Below, in pieces: positions 14,374 through 26,631 of a DNA stretch of 64,000 nt. The stretch's first letter is position 1; every line of letters starts with the position of its first letter. Source of the stretch: Lingula anatina (taxonomy: Eukaryota; Animalia; Brachiopoda). The DNA is taken from assembly GCA_051362555.1 (NCBI GenBank), contig CM120643.1, positions 20,898,848 to 20,962,847 on the forward strand, read 5' to 3'. The position numbers were made by a program, and so were the translations under genes. The notes beneath the pieces were generated by a model. The model searched no databases. It worked only from the letters and a program-made list of their open reading frames with translations, and was not told the origin of the DNA.

Positions 14374-17067
14374 CTATAAAAATACAATTGGAATACAAGC
14401 ACGTTAATTATTGACAACTGTAGCAGCTCCTCTTTTGTCTTTCCTAACGAGACCCAGCTTCATTATTTTATCGTCAATGCTATAATCTTGTGAAAATCCA
14501 TGTCTGTCAGTCCACCATAATTAGTTTTCATTGTCAACACCAGCACCTAGTTGCAAGAGAGATCAATTTTTTCATGGTCCAACATACGCCTTTTGTTTTG
14601 CTGGCAATTGAAAGGCAAAAAAGCAACAGTGACTTAATGAGACCTACATTTCAGGCATTGGGTTGGAAACTGTTCTCCAATATAGAATTAATGACGAAAA
14701 GATAATTGGGCTCATGTGAAGTTAAATATTCATACATGCAATATTGAGAAATTACAAGAACCATACGATGAAGTCATGTACGGGGTCGCGCTGTCATTTC
14801 CTTCATTATCTCTGTATTGTGTGATGCAACTGGAGGCTGATAATTGTATCACTTTTGAGCAAACACACCAACTGTTCTCAAACAGGAATCGAAAACCAAA
14901 TACATTTTACCTGGATTGATTCTGTTATCCTTTTATATTCAGCTAAACTGATTTTTCTATCCTTTAAGCTGCGTTACAAACTCTGTCCACTTAAGCAAAT
15001 TTAACTCTTCTTTTGATTTTGAAAGTTGTTATTTTTAACTGTTTTTTCCCTTTCTTTTGTTAATGACCTGTCAAACCAGGGATCTAAACATTCTGAAAAC
15101 TTAAATATAGGTAACTCTGTATAAAGAATTTGGTTATACGATGTCAATACTCTCATGTTATATTACCACAATTGGTAATATTATCCTTTGTATAAATCTA
15201 ACATACATGAAACTGTACAAATTAATCCCATACACAAAGTCGAATGTCAGCTACCTCTAGACTATATTAATAAGAATATTTCAATAAATTACCTCATCTT
15301 AAACAAATGAGAAATAAATGACAGACAGAGACAGGGGAAAGACGAACAGACACACGGATGAATACAGAATATGCCTTGCAGGTGACAGCCAAACAAATAC
15401 TTCATTATTAATTCTTCATTAAAATAATATGAAAACTCTACATTCTGCACAATTGACTTTTGTGTCACATACATACTGACTTATGTACATAAGTGGAAGA
15501 TGAGCAATAAGGCCCTTAAACAATCAGATTTTATGAAAAACTACAAAATATTTACATTTTATAAGAGGTATCTTCTCCATGTTATATTCAGGTAATGGTA
15601 ACTTGGATAAAATTCATTTAAAAAGTCAACAAGCTTTGAAAGATGCCTTGAATATGAAATAATATACATTTCTTTTAAGTACATCCCCTACAAAAATTAA
15701 TCATTCATGTACTTTAAAGACAATAAACAATAACAAATGGAGGCCAAAAAAATCTAGGAGTTATATTTGTGACCTCATCATTATTTTTTAGCATTTAGAT
15801 AGGTATAATGGCTATATTTTACCTCCTTGCATGATGGTGTAAATCATTTAAGATTGTAAACAAGGTCAAAGAAAATTAAGAATATTTTTCTATACCTTCA
15901 TGTGGGATCAAAGAAAAACTAATCCTTGCTACTTTATTTGCTTAATTCAGAATGAAGGCATTTCATTATTATTCAAGACAGTAAATTAAAATCATTTATA
16001 ATATGATGACTGATAAAAAATGTGACTGGTTTGAAATTCACAATAAAATAAAGCTATATTTTAAAGTAAAAACCTCAACCATACAACACATAGTACAATG
16101 TGCAGTTTTCTTTTATGAAGATAAAGCTTTTGGTTGATTTTCAGCAAGGGTACAATTATCCATCCTTGGCTCCTAGAAATGCTAATGTACTTGCCATAGA
16201 TCAGTAAAAAAGACCTCATCAATTTAGCTGCAGGATAAGCAATAAGTATCTGGTGTTAAGATCAATACAGAGATATTGTACATGCTGTGGTCACAGACGA
16301 ACTAATGTAAATTATTAATGAAGACAAATATCCCAATCATTATACTGCTTTCCACTGGACACATTGACCGCCGGACGGCTGGCCAGACTGCTTGGCTACT
16401 GGACATGGAATTCCGATACATGGGAGGCCTTGGGTACATTAGGGGATACACTGACACTTGGGACAAAGGGAGATAATGGAACAAAATATGAGACCATAAA
16501 AAACCAGTACGGCCTCTTTTTTTTCCAATTTTTTTTTCAACATGATCCTACCTAAATTTGACTTCTTACATTGACTATGTGGCTAGATGAAACCTTCTAA
16601 TTGCCTGACCTTTTGGTGACTGTATTGGATTTAATATGAGTTATGTGTAGATGCATGTCTTAACATTATGCTTATATGTGAATTAAAATAATCAATTCAT
16701 TTTACAAGAATTGGCATGGGGGGAAAAGTTCAGAATCCCTATGGTTATGACAAAAAAATAATAATGATTATCATTCCCACCATTACAAGTTAATAATAAT
16801 AAATAAACAATAATGAAAACATCAAAAGCTAGGGATGGTTAAAGCAGCAATAAAAACAAAGGTCAAACTATAAAATCAACATGTGAATTTATACTAAAAA
16901 TATCCCGGAAACCAAAAACCTCTCTGAACTGCACCAGAGCCAAAGTTATCTGCGTTTGGTATTACAAACTACTGTCTCTGAGGGAACCCCCAGCATGTCA
17001 CTGGGGACCGACAGAGACAAACTGTCTGAGGAAAGTCTCTCATCGATTTCTATGTCACATTCAACAA

Positions 17068-17298
17068 ATATAACGTGTCACCACTGATGACAGGGCTCTA
17101 CCGCAGTTTACACGGGAGTACAACGACGGTCGCGCGGAGCGTACGAGTCCCCCCGGCGCGACCGGTGTTAAGCGGTCAACAAAGACCGCGAGATCCTCAT
17201 ATGATGGGCGCCCACGATCGGGTTGCAACCTGACGCGGCGCTTCTCCCGGCGCGCTGGGTCACCCACGAGTTCCTAACTCCGCGCTAAACCAGGGCAC
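17068..17298. ncRNA. Candidate structured RNA or insertion, family unidentified
   Basis: Very GC/CpG-rich with several nested complementary stems (see findings). Bounded by the 10-bp direct repeat CATTCAACAA (17058-17067 and 17299-17308). Confidence 0.4.
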
Positions 17299-17764
17299 CA
17301 TTCAACAATCAATCAATACTCTCGATATCTAGTAGAGTACTACCCTGTCACTACGTCTACCTCTAAATATGCCATAAAATACTTACTGCTACATCTGCTG
17401 ACTCCTGGAGCAGTTGCCAAACATGGCGACTAATTATTACACGGCTTTGGTAATTACGGCGTGCACTGCCAATGAAAGATCAACAAGGAAAATACCAGAG
17501 CGAAAAGTTCATTACACTCGTTAGGCCTGACTTACGCAGTGTATTTGCACTTCCCGCTGGAAATTTCTCGTCGTGGATGCTTGTCCACAGCTAAACTCGC
17601 CTTCGACAGCTTAGAGCAAGCTCTCAGACAGCGACTTAATGCCTCGGCTAAAAATAACATGAATGAGAAGTGTTTTATTGTGCTAATTAATTATTCAAAA
17701 TTAATTGGACCGCGATGCGCATGTCCCAATTAAAGGCCCCCAAGAGGAAGAGAATTGTGGGATT

Positions 17765-17815
17765 GGTATGGCGGCGCCCTTGAGAAAGTGATCTTCTCCG
17801 GGTTTTCGCCTTAAA
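17765..17815 (+). other. THTPA: Putative non-coding first exon of THTPA (5' boundary approximate)
   Basis: Donor ttaaa|GTAAGT at 17816 inside the CpG island. The THTPA coding exon begins with an acceptor (tttttccag| at 38751) upstream of the ATG, so an upstream exon is expected. The intervening DNA is CpG-depleted like a gene body. Confidence 0.45.
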
Positions 17816-18327
17816 GTAAGTATGTAAGCCTGTAAGAAGAGAAATTAGTACATCGATAGCATAAAGGATGCTTTTAATTGTTCCATTTGTCTGGAAATGG
17901 CGTGACATTGCTTTCAAGTGCACGGGTGGAGTGCTATTAGTTTTGCCGGCCGGGATGTCATCTGACAAGTGACAGATGCCAAACTTTCATTGCAATAGAA
18001 TAACAAATCCAAAAGACACCTGTTTTAATACGCCACGTTACATGGTTTTGTTGTTTCCTTTTATTCCTATAGCAAATACATGCTGTCAGAACACTTTCTC
18101 GTGGAGCACATGACATGGATAATGCTGAAAAGTAAAATATTTCACAGTATCCATTGCCATATGTACAGTAGGTACATATCCCAGGTGTATTCTACTGATA
18201 ACTGTCAAATAAAATGAAAGTCCCTTCAATTTTTTTCAAAATGCACAGGCTAATAATTATTTGAAGTTCAAAAGTCAAATTTGAGAGATACAACCTAGAA
18301 GATATGAATTTATTGTCTGTTTAATTC

Positions 18328-18489
18328 TGTATAGTGGGGTTGGGCTGGGCTCAATAGCTCAATTGGTAAGAGCAGTCACGTTTTGCCTGGGTTCGGTAGC
18401 TCAGTTGGTAAGAGCAGTCGCACAGTTTGCGAGAGTCCCAGGTTGAAATCCCGGTCGAGCTTGGTGTTTTCTCCTCCCAAATTGCTACA
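18328..18489 (+). mobile_element. Solo-LTR-like element containing a tRNA-like cloverleaf
   Basis: Termini TGTA...TACA and 4-bp TSD ATTC (18324-18327, 18490-18493). Internal tRNA mimic at 18390-18461 with A-box TAGCTCAGTTGG and degenerate B-box GGTTGAAATCCC. The 5' half of the tRNA mimic is duplicated at 18347-18379. Confidence 0.75.
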
Positions 18490-20154
18490 ATTCAGTGCAA
18501 TAGTGCATATATTTGGCATGTTTAACATTGACATCATTCGTGTGACACCCCTCATATTTTGCTACAACATTACACTTTTCTTTGATTGATCGATTTTCAT
18601 TATTCAATTTTATTGATATAAAAGTTTGCTGAACAATTTATTGGGGGTAGAAAAAATTAATTTGATACCTGACAATGCTTGAAAAGCACACAATATAGGT
18701 ATTAAATCTTTATATAACAAACTGTCTACGCATTCTGCAGACTAACTTGTCTTTCATAATAATTCAAATGTTAAAAACAATAGAACCCTTCAAATAAAAG
18801 TACCTGATGTAGTTATGCCCTTCTAAAATGTACAGGAAGACATGGCTGTCTAAGTGATTAACAACTAAATTATTGTATTAAAATGTCATTAACAACTAAA
18901 TTGATGTATTAAAATGGTAAAAAATAGCAAAAGGGGTCAATCAGTGATTCACGAGTAGTAGAACATTACTTTTTGTATCTTTTCTTTCTTTCCCTCAGGA
19001 AAATTTAATTTGGTCAAAAAAATCATGTACAGTATGGGATACCTTTAAACTAAACTACATATGTAACCACCCCTTCTGTATCAACTTTCATAATGAGAAA
19101 AGAACTTTTTAATGATCCAGAAAATGTTGAATATATCAATATGAATGAAGTAATAAGGTGAAGCTTGCATTGATCATTTAGCTAAAATATTAAGGATGTA
19201 ATCAAAAGCAGTTCGATTATTTTGTAACAGTAATTCATCCTGTGTCCTTTCTACCAATTTTGTAAAGCTTGATTCTTGTCCTTCTGATTATTGATAATTA
19301 ACAGTCATATTTGGCATTTTATGTAACACACACATTTTAAACACTGCTGTTCTTGGAAATAATAAAATCCTCCTTGCACAAGGTAATACTTAAATAAGAA
19401 ACCATTATAAAAATGAAAATGATATAAATTAAGCAATGCTAAATAAGGCTCTGCAATAGCCTCTAGAGGTTTGGACATATGGTTAGATATACAAAAAGAT
19501 TAATGCTCAACAGGCATGTGTATGAATTCTATGTCAGGACATTGCAGCATCTTGTATTAAATGCACATATGTTGAATCTTCTCTGTAGACAGCAGAAAGG
19601 GCACTTGTGTATTTTTTTTAATGCATACAGGTGTTTTATAGTGCGTTAGGTGCACCAGTGCATTAGTTGTGCCAATAGGTTAGGTGGGGAGTTGTTCAAG
19701 ACAGGCTGGGTTTGTTAGATATGAGGATGGCCTTATTAATTATTTATATGTTATTTGTGCACTAATCTTACCATTGGAAAAAGCCAAGAGCATTATGATT
19801 TCTCAATTTTATTTCTTATATCAAATTTGGCAATTTTAAGCAAATGGTAAAATGAAGATATATATTAGTCAGTTTATGTAAATGTTTGTAGAAGCTGAAT
19901 GGTCTGCTAGGTGCCTTCTCATTATGCCTCTTTTTACAACACATCATTTAGCATGCTTAAATAAAGATCAATATATAGCTGGGCTACGTTAGATATGTCA
20001 AAACCATTGCGAACGTCATATTACTGCTCTGTGGAGCTAACAAAATTATCGATTAGAATAGATTTGTGGTGTGTCTGATAAGATTTGAAGAAGACTGTTC
20101 TGATTAAGGATTGTAAATGATTACTATAACTTGTTAAATAAAAAAATGATATAT

Positions 20155-20327
20155 CTGGGGTAGCACTAACACTCGCCAATTTACCCTAATGTTAAAACTG
20201 ACTTAAATTGGCTAAACAAAAAGGGCTTGATTTGACTAATTTTAGTCAAATTAAAGCCATTTGGATAACAAATTGACAAAAAAGTGGTAATTTGGCTAAG
20301 TGAAAAAAATTGCTAACGCTACCCCAG
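20155..20327. mobile_element. MITE with CTGGGGTAGC...GCTACCCCAG termini in a TA context
   Basis: 10-bp perfect TIR, internal palindrome ggcttgatttgactaattttagtcaaattaaagcc, TA-rich flanks. Lies between two diverged copies of an older duplication (~20021-20125 and ~20379-20468). Confidence 0.7.
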
Positions 20328-20964
20328 TATATGTTATTATAAGTAAAATTGTTACCAAACCCAAGAACATCAGATATTAACTGCTGTGTGGAGGTAACAA
20401 AATTATTGATTAAAAAGAATTATGCTGTGCCTGATCAGAAGATAGTGATTAAGGATTTGGAATGTTAGCTAAATTTCATCATTTAAAAAGAAAAATGAAT
20501 GTAACAGATTAAATTGACGTCATCGGAAGATTCATGAGGTAAGGCATATGAAATTTAGAGTATCAGCTTCTTTTGCTAAGATTTGATTTTGGTTAATGAA
20601 CCTTAAACAATTGTTGTGGTAGCCCAGTTTTCAAAAAGATATTTAGACCTTTGTTTTCTAAAATCTATGTGTGAGTTATTTGCCCTTAAAAAATTATTCA
20701 AGCATAAATAAATGTTTTTATGTACAATTTTCAATTTCTGAAAAAGAAATGTGAGATATCTCCTTTTTGTACCCAAATTTGAGGTATCTATCATAGATAT
20801 TTACAAATGTATGGTTAGGCTTTACCTTGAAGCTTGAAGGGAATAATTTGCAGATTTTGTCCAGGGACTTTAGCTTGCCTTGGTGAACGGTCAGTAAATG
20901 AGTGGGTTATCACTTTGGGGTTGAATGAGAATTCTTCCCTCCAGAGAAAGACCAATTTTCATGA

Positions 20965-20966
<2 letters not shown>

Positions 20967-21021
<55 letters not shown>
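20967..21021. repeat. (ATT)n microsatellite
   Basis: Perfect trinucleotide run; explains the poly-I/L/N ORFs. Confidence 0.97.
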
Positions 21022-21483
21022 CCAGTGGATTTTTGACAGTCATATATCTTACGGGGTGGGGGAGATACAAGGCTTTCATGATACATTTCTTTGAGGGTTC
21101 ATTACTTTTATTCTGTTTTGTCTTGTGGTTTCTGTAATGCTTAATCTGGTGAGGATGCTGAAGCCTGATGATGTTTTATCTTGTTTGAAGATGCATTTAA
21201 AGTCAATTTTTTGCCCCAAAATCTGACCAAACACTACCATACAGTTTCAAATAGTATAACGTGGAAAAATCAAAGGACATCATTTCATAATTCTCCAAAA
21301 AATGACTTTTGAACAGATATTTTCTGCTTTTTTTCTGTGCTTTATATATCTCTCAGCAGTCTCTTTTGAGTAAGTATGCAGTTGTGTACGCAGTAATACA
21401 TCCATACATCATGGGAGTGAGAGTGATGACTATGCAATGCCCATGCAGTACTACGTCATTTAGCGGACCTTTATGAACTGGAG

Positions 21484-21652
21484 CAGGCCCGTAGCCAAGG
21501 GGGGTTCGGGGGGTTTCGAAAGAACCACCCTTTTTGCTGGGAAAAGGTCCACTCTGGGTACAATTTGATCTATGTACCTGAGGATTTTATACTAAAAGGT
21601 CCACTTTTTCAGAAAACGAACCCCCCCTCTAAAATTGCTGGCTACGGGCCTG
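21484..21652. mobile_element. MITE with 14-bp TIR CAGGCCCGTAGCCA and 5-bp TSD TGGAG
   Basis: tggag|CAGGCCCGTAGCCA...TGGCTACGGGCCTG|tggag. Subterminal GGGGGGTTCG/CGAACCCCCC inverted motif and an internal aaaaggtccact direct repeat. Confidence 0.9.
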
Positions 21653-22894
21653 TGGAGGGACAGATGAATAGCGCTTGAATAGATGAATTAATTTACTACC
21701 AAAAAATTTGAAGAAGGTGCAGTTTTAAATCCATTTTTTGGCAGAATGAAGGATTAATTTGGTTTATGACTTGGCATGTCAACTGTATTTTAGTTATATT
21801 AGAAACTAGTGGAATGTGCATTATTGGGAATCCACTCTTGCTTTATTGGAAACTTTAAAGGGTGTGTGTACACATGCATTTTTTATTTTATTTTATTTTA
21901 TTTTATTTTTTTATTAATTTTTTTTAAGAGTGGAGAAAGAGAAATAGGAGTAGTATTTTATTACATGTTAGCTTTGCTTAAGATATATTTTATTTTTGGT
22001 TGAAGTGCATTACTTTGGTTAAAAATGAGGTGGTTTTTATGCATTTATCCTTTAACATTTTATCATATAGAAAATTACAGATGTTTCTAAAACATCAAAA
22101 AGCATTTCAGAGTATTCCAACTTTTATCTTGTGGGGTCAAAGAGTTTGTCAATATTTTATCTTGATGAGGCCAGGAAACTTAATGGTTTTCAATTCTCAG
22201 CTGTATCAATTTAATGCATCATCTTACAGCATATAGCAGTATAAAGTTGGATACCCAGTACATTTAAAATAATGATGCCGTTGAACACTAAATACGTTAA
22301 CTGTACACTTCACATGTACATTTGAATGTACATTAAAAAATGAATGTGAAATTTCCATGCATATTTATTTATATGTAGTATTAAGTCATGCAGTTTATTT
22401 TCCAATATTATCAAATGGAATGGCATGAATTTCTACCAATTCTATCTGCTTTAATGTCTTGTTGAAATGGTTGGGTGGTCCTTAAGGTATAATCCTTCTC
22501 TCACAAGACTACCACCAGATATTTTGCTCCCAGTAAGTGGTATATTGGTTATGGATTGACAACTTCTTCAAAATTGACCATTGTGAATCTTCTATAAATA
22601 CTACAAGTCCTGGTTTTTAAGAGCAAGGCCTACTATTATTTGAGTCATTGATCTCCCCTTAAAGCAATTACCTATTGGATTTGCTGGCAAATATCTCCCA
22701 ATATACTGATAATTGATCAGGGACCCCAGACACAGGGAAAGAAACAAATCTATGCACTTTTTTCAATGTAACCAGGGGAAATCATGGCAACAGGATTGTC
22801 AACATAATTTGATTTTATTCCAAATATTTTTGGCTAAAGTAATTATTAGAAGTGGAAAGTGTAGGGATGATTTCTTCGCTGTTTCATGCGTTTA

Positions 22895-23345
22895 CTGTGT
22901 TGTTTGATTACAACAAGTTGACAGTCTTTGAAAAATTATGCAAAAAATATAAAGAGATATTCCAGGAATTTTTTAAAAGATTAATTATACCATACCTGCA
23001 CATTTTGTCTCAATGTCAATGTCTACTACAGATGTATTGGAGGTAAATTACCATGTTGTTTTATTTCGACAAGTTGACAAATTTTTCAAAAATGGCACAT
23101 AAAGAAATTCTTAGATTTTTTGTCAGCTGACTTGTTTCCTCTCTAAACATGTACACTTATGTCTCCATAACTACTTCAGATATAAAGAGGAAATAGCCAA
23201 GTTGTTTTATTTCAGTAAGTTGACAGTCTTTCAAAAAATGAAGCACAAGGAAATACATATTTTTTTTTGTCAGCTAACTTGTTTCATGTCTACAGGTATT
23301 TACTTATATATGTATATATTATCTCAACAACTACTGCAGTAGAGT
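22895..23345. repeat. Diverged tandem repeat, ~150-bp unit, about 3 copies
   Basis: Recurrent gttgttt(t/g)att....aagttgaca...ttt(c/g)aaaaa and ttttttgtcagct(g/a)acttgtttc blocks at ~147-155 bp spacing. Confidence 0.7.
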
Positions 23346-26300
23346 AGCCATATTTCAGAAATGTATGCATACAATGAAGAATGATCTAACCCAATTTCAG
23401 TGGCAGTCGCTAGCTTAAGCTTCAAGATATTTACTCATATTCTTAATTTTTTTTTTTTTTTAGCCTCACTTTCCTTTTTTTCTGGTGTTAATTGTTAATA
23501 ACATATCAATCAATGGATTTATGCATTTTGAGTAATATAATGTTGACAACAGTCTAGATGAACAATTTCATGTCATTTGATCTTTAATGTTATTTTATCT
23601 TTAATGTTTTTTAAATTATTCTTGGCATCCTAGTCTACCCCACCATATGTTTTGTGTTATGATGTGCAGAATTGAAAGGTGTGCATTTTTCTTTGAAAAA
23701 AAATCCCTAACTTTTCTCTAAAGCATTTGTGTGTCTCCTCTGATGCTTTTTCAAGGTAAAGTTTGAATGAACACACCATCAGTTTGTTTTAGAATTAAAA
23801 TTTGCATTAAAATGTCATTTTTATAAGTCTTTCAGAATATTAATTTGCAACTTATATGATATGAAAGTGGTATAAACTTTCCCGGGTCTTAATAGTCCAG
23901 TTCCTTTTACCACATGATGCTAGTGGTGGCAGTGCCATGCATTTTTCCAAGCTTTCCTTATGATTTTGATGTTAACCTTTCTTCATTTTTTAAAACAAAC
24001 TGAAACTCAGATACATTTGAACTTTTGCGTGTAGAAGTTTGGACAGTGGTATCATCGAGCTGTATATTAGTAAATGACATATTTTTCATTTAGTATCAGA
24101 ATAAAAAGGTCAGTCTTGCCATCAAAACAGGCCATAAAATATTAATTGAGCAGCCAAACTGTAATTTAAGGTATCCACACATAATAAACTAGCCTCTTTC
24201 AAGAAATGTACACAAGCAAGTTCTCTTTCTCTAGACGGGGTTAATAAGTTTATCAGACTACTAATAATTCTCCTGTTTAAAGTTTTTCATAGAATTTCAT
24301 TAAGACTTCTCCTTTTGAAGTGGACATACACTCCAGCCAGTTTCTTAATTATTTGCATGGTAATTTTTTTCATTTGTGCACCAATTTATCCTTTGCATTA
24401 AGTGTCTTACATATTTCTGTGGCCACTGACCTTTGTTTGCTATGAATTCTCTCAGTTCACTTTCCAGTATCTACGAGCAACGGGTTTAACATCTGCAATT
24501 AAACTGACTAAAGGACACCAGCCTTTGAACATTAATTAGGCAGATATCAGAGAAAATATTTAATTATTCCATCTCATTAAGAAGAAATGTGTTTTTGGTT
24601 ATTTTGGTCTGGCGCCTCACTTTTTTAACTCTCCATTTCACATCTGTACTTGTTTGATTTATTATGAATAATTAACTGCTGTAAATGCTTAAGCAATATG
24701 TTAATTGTTTTCTTGGTCTGAAGTGGTGCTAGGGACATTCTTGAAGGGAGAAAAATACTAAAAGACCAGTGCAATTCTTGTTTCTCAGTTAAAGCAATAA
24801 CATGCCAAAAAATTAGATTTTCCATTGTACCATAAAAATGAAAGTTTAATGAGCTTAGATAACCAATCTATCTTGTCTTCACCCAGGTCATTGTACTAGA
24901 ATACAATGTCAGTGATGAGAACTTAGGTTTTTTTTTAATCTAGTAATATGCTCCCACAGGTCTGTAGCCATGAATTCTGTGCCATAGATTTAATACCTTC
25001 AGGGACAGGTTTCTCAAAAAACTTTTTACTGCAAGTTGGTCTGATCTGTTAAATTGTTGTAGTTCACTTATGACGGATAGATATTTGTTAAAATAGCGAA
25101 AATGGCTTTTTCCCATTTCTTTTATATAAAATAGATATAAGTACAATACAATTAAACACTTTTAGAGCAAGAACTCCCCTTTTGATAGTTTGATTCACCA
25201 AACCACGCACTTTGCCTGAAAGCTCTGCCCCTATTTATTGTTAAATTAACTGCTTTTTAAATTGATGTAACACAGTAATCGGCTTGTGGTGTAACTCCAT
25301 AACTAAGTCAAATATCATCATGAAAATTGGTATGGTTGATGACAAATGTGTGATGTTCCATCAAACAAAAGCACTATTTGGCCTCTTTACCGATAAAATC
25401 AAAAGTGAGCCTTTCAAAAAATCCCTGGCAACGGATCGTATAGTACTTCTAATTGAAAGTAAAAAGGCGTTTAAATGGTGCTGAAAAGCTGCCCAGGTAA
25501 GGGGATCTGCTTGAATACGAAAACGCAATTTTTATCACAAAAAATGCTGCTGTTGTGTCATCAGCTTGAATTACCAAATTCACCACGCTGTATTTTTGAT
25601 GTGACAGCATTGTCTCATAACATGTCAAGGTTAATTTCTACATTCTCTAAGCAGATAAAGAAATGAATCTTAATGTATCTATCTACCTTAACTGAAATAA
25701 ATTGTGCCAAGAAAGAGATGTCTAGTATTTTAGACCAAAAGCTGTTTTATTTTAGTGGGCTACTGCACATTTATCCTGAATTTTAGGTAGACTAAAATTT
25801 TGGCCTTAAAGTTGATACCTTATTATAAGCTCCTTGTCTCTGCCTGAAGTTCTTTTCTGATACTGGTCCCTGCACCATACCTTCAAAAGGTCCTCAGGGG
25901 GGCAAAGACTGTGTGTAACCAAATTCTACCATACCTATTATTCACCCAACTCGCGGGGAATTTCTTGGACCCTTCTGCATCCAACTTGAACAAGATATTA
26001 CCATTCCCTACCATCTCTACCTGTCTCTTGAATTATGGACGACTGAAACTTTTTCCAAAGGGTAAAGCAATCAGATGCTTCTTTCAAGTCTTTTGTCTTT
26101 AATTTTACTGTTTTTATCTCATCCCTTTGTGTTAATTTTTTGTTTTTATTTTTATTATTATCATTTTTTCACATATATGATAGTTCAAAAAAAAAAAAAA
26201 AAAAAAAACAGATTCCTTGTCATCTTTCACTGTTCACTATGCAAGATTTCTTTATTTCAAATACTGACCTTGTTAAGATGGTCTCAAAGTGACATACCTA

Positions 26301-26592
26301 CTAGTAAACAGAAACTAATTTCCCTTTATTTTAAACACAAAAGACGCACCTTTGCCTTTTATCTTTAAATCTGCAGGTGGTATTTATTTCCTTGTTCCCC
26401 CTGTCCTCTTCTTAAACAAGCTTCCTTGTTTGAAGTAACAATAATACCAGTGGTTTCTTTGAAACAACAGCTAAAATTGGATTGATTTGTACTGCAATAT
26501 TTCATGTCTCTCAAGCTGCTCTCTCCAGGGAAATTCTTGGAATAGGGGGTACAAGTGTTTTAGTAGACTCTACCTGTGGTGTGCAGTAGATG

Positions 26593-26593
<1 letters not shown>

Positions 26594-26630
<37 letters not shown>
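26594..26630. repeat. Poly-C/poly-G tract (37 bp)
   Basis: Uninterrupted C run; G-quadruplex-capable on the - strand. Confidence 0.95.

Positions 26631-26631
<1 letters not shown>

Larger units (their letters stand above)
17050..17960. promoter_or_regulatory. CpG-rich putative bidirectional promoter (THTPA on +, unknown gene on -)
   Basis: Sharp local CpG enrichment between two CpG-depleted regions. YY1-like motifs at 17419 (aaacatggcg) and 17767 (tatggcggc), NRF1-like tgcgcatg at 17716, CCAAT/ATTGG at 17704, 17726 and 17762, ETS-like cacttcc near 17549. Divergent GTAAGT donors at 17386 (-) and 17816 (+). Confidence 0.65.

Noticed and set aside
17084-17090. CTGATGA as a hammerhead core or C box
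   Set aside because: No stem II-GAAA downstream and no convincing terminal D box or stem.
17028-17100. RNase MRP/P-like motifs GGAAAGTCTCT and ACAGGGCTC
   Set aside because: Only ~60 nt apart, too short for the intervening domains, and no P1/P2/P3 arrangement is found.
16900-17400. Telomerase RNA
   Set aside because: No CTAACCCT-type template or U/A-rich pseudoknot on either strand.
18390-18461. Functional tRNA gene
   Set aside because: T-loop is TTGAAAT rather than TTCRAAT, the anticodon loop is non-canonical, the T stem has a mismatch, and it lies within TG..CA/TSD boundaries.
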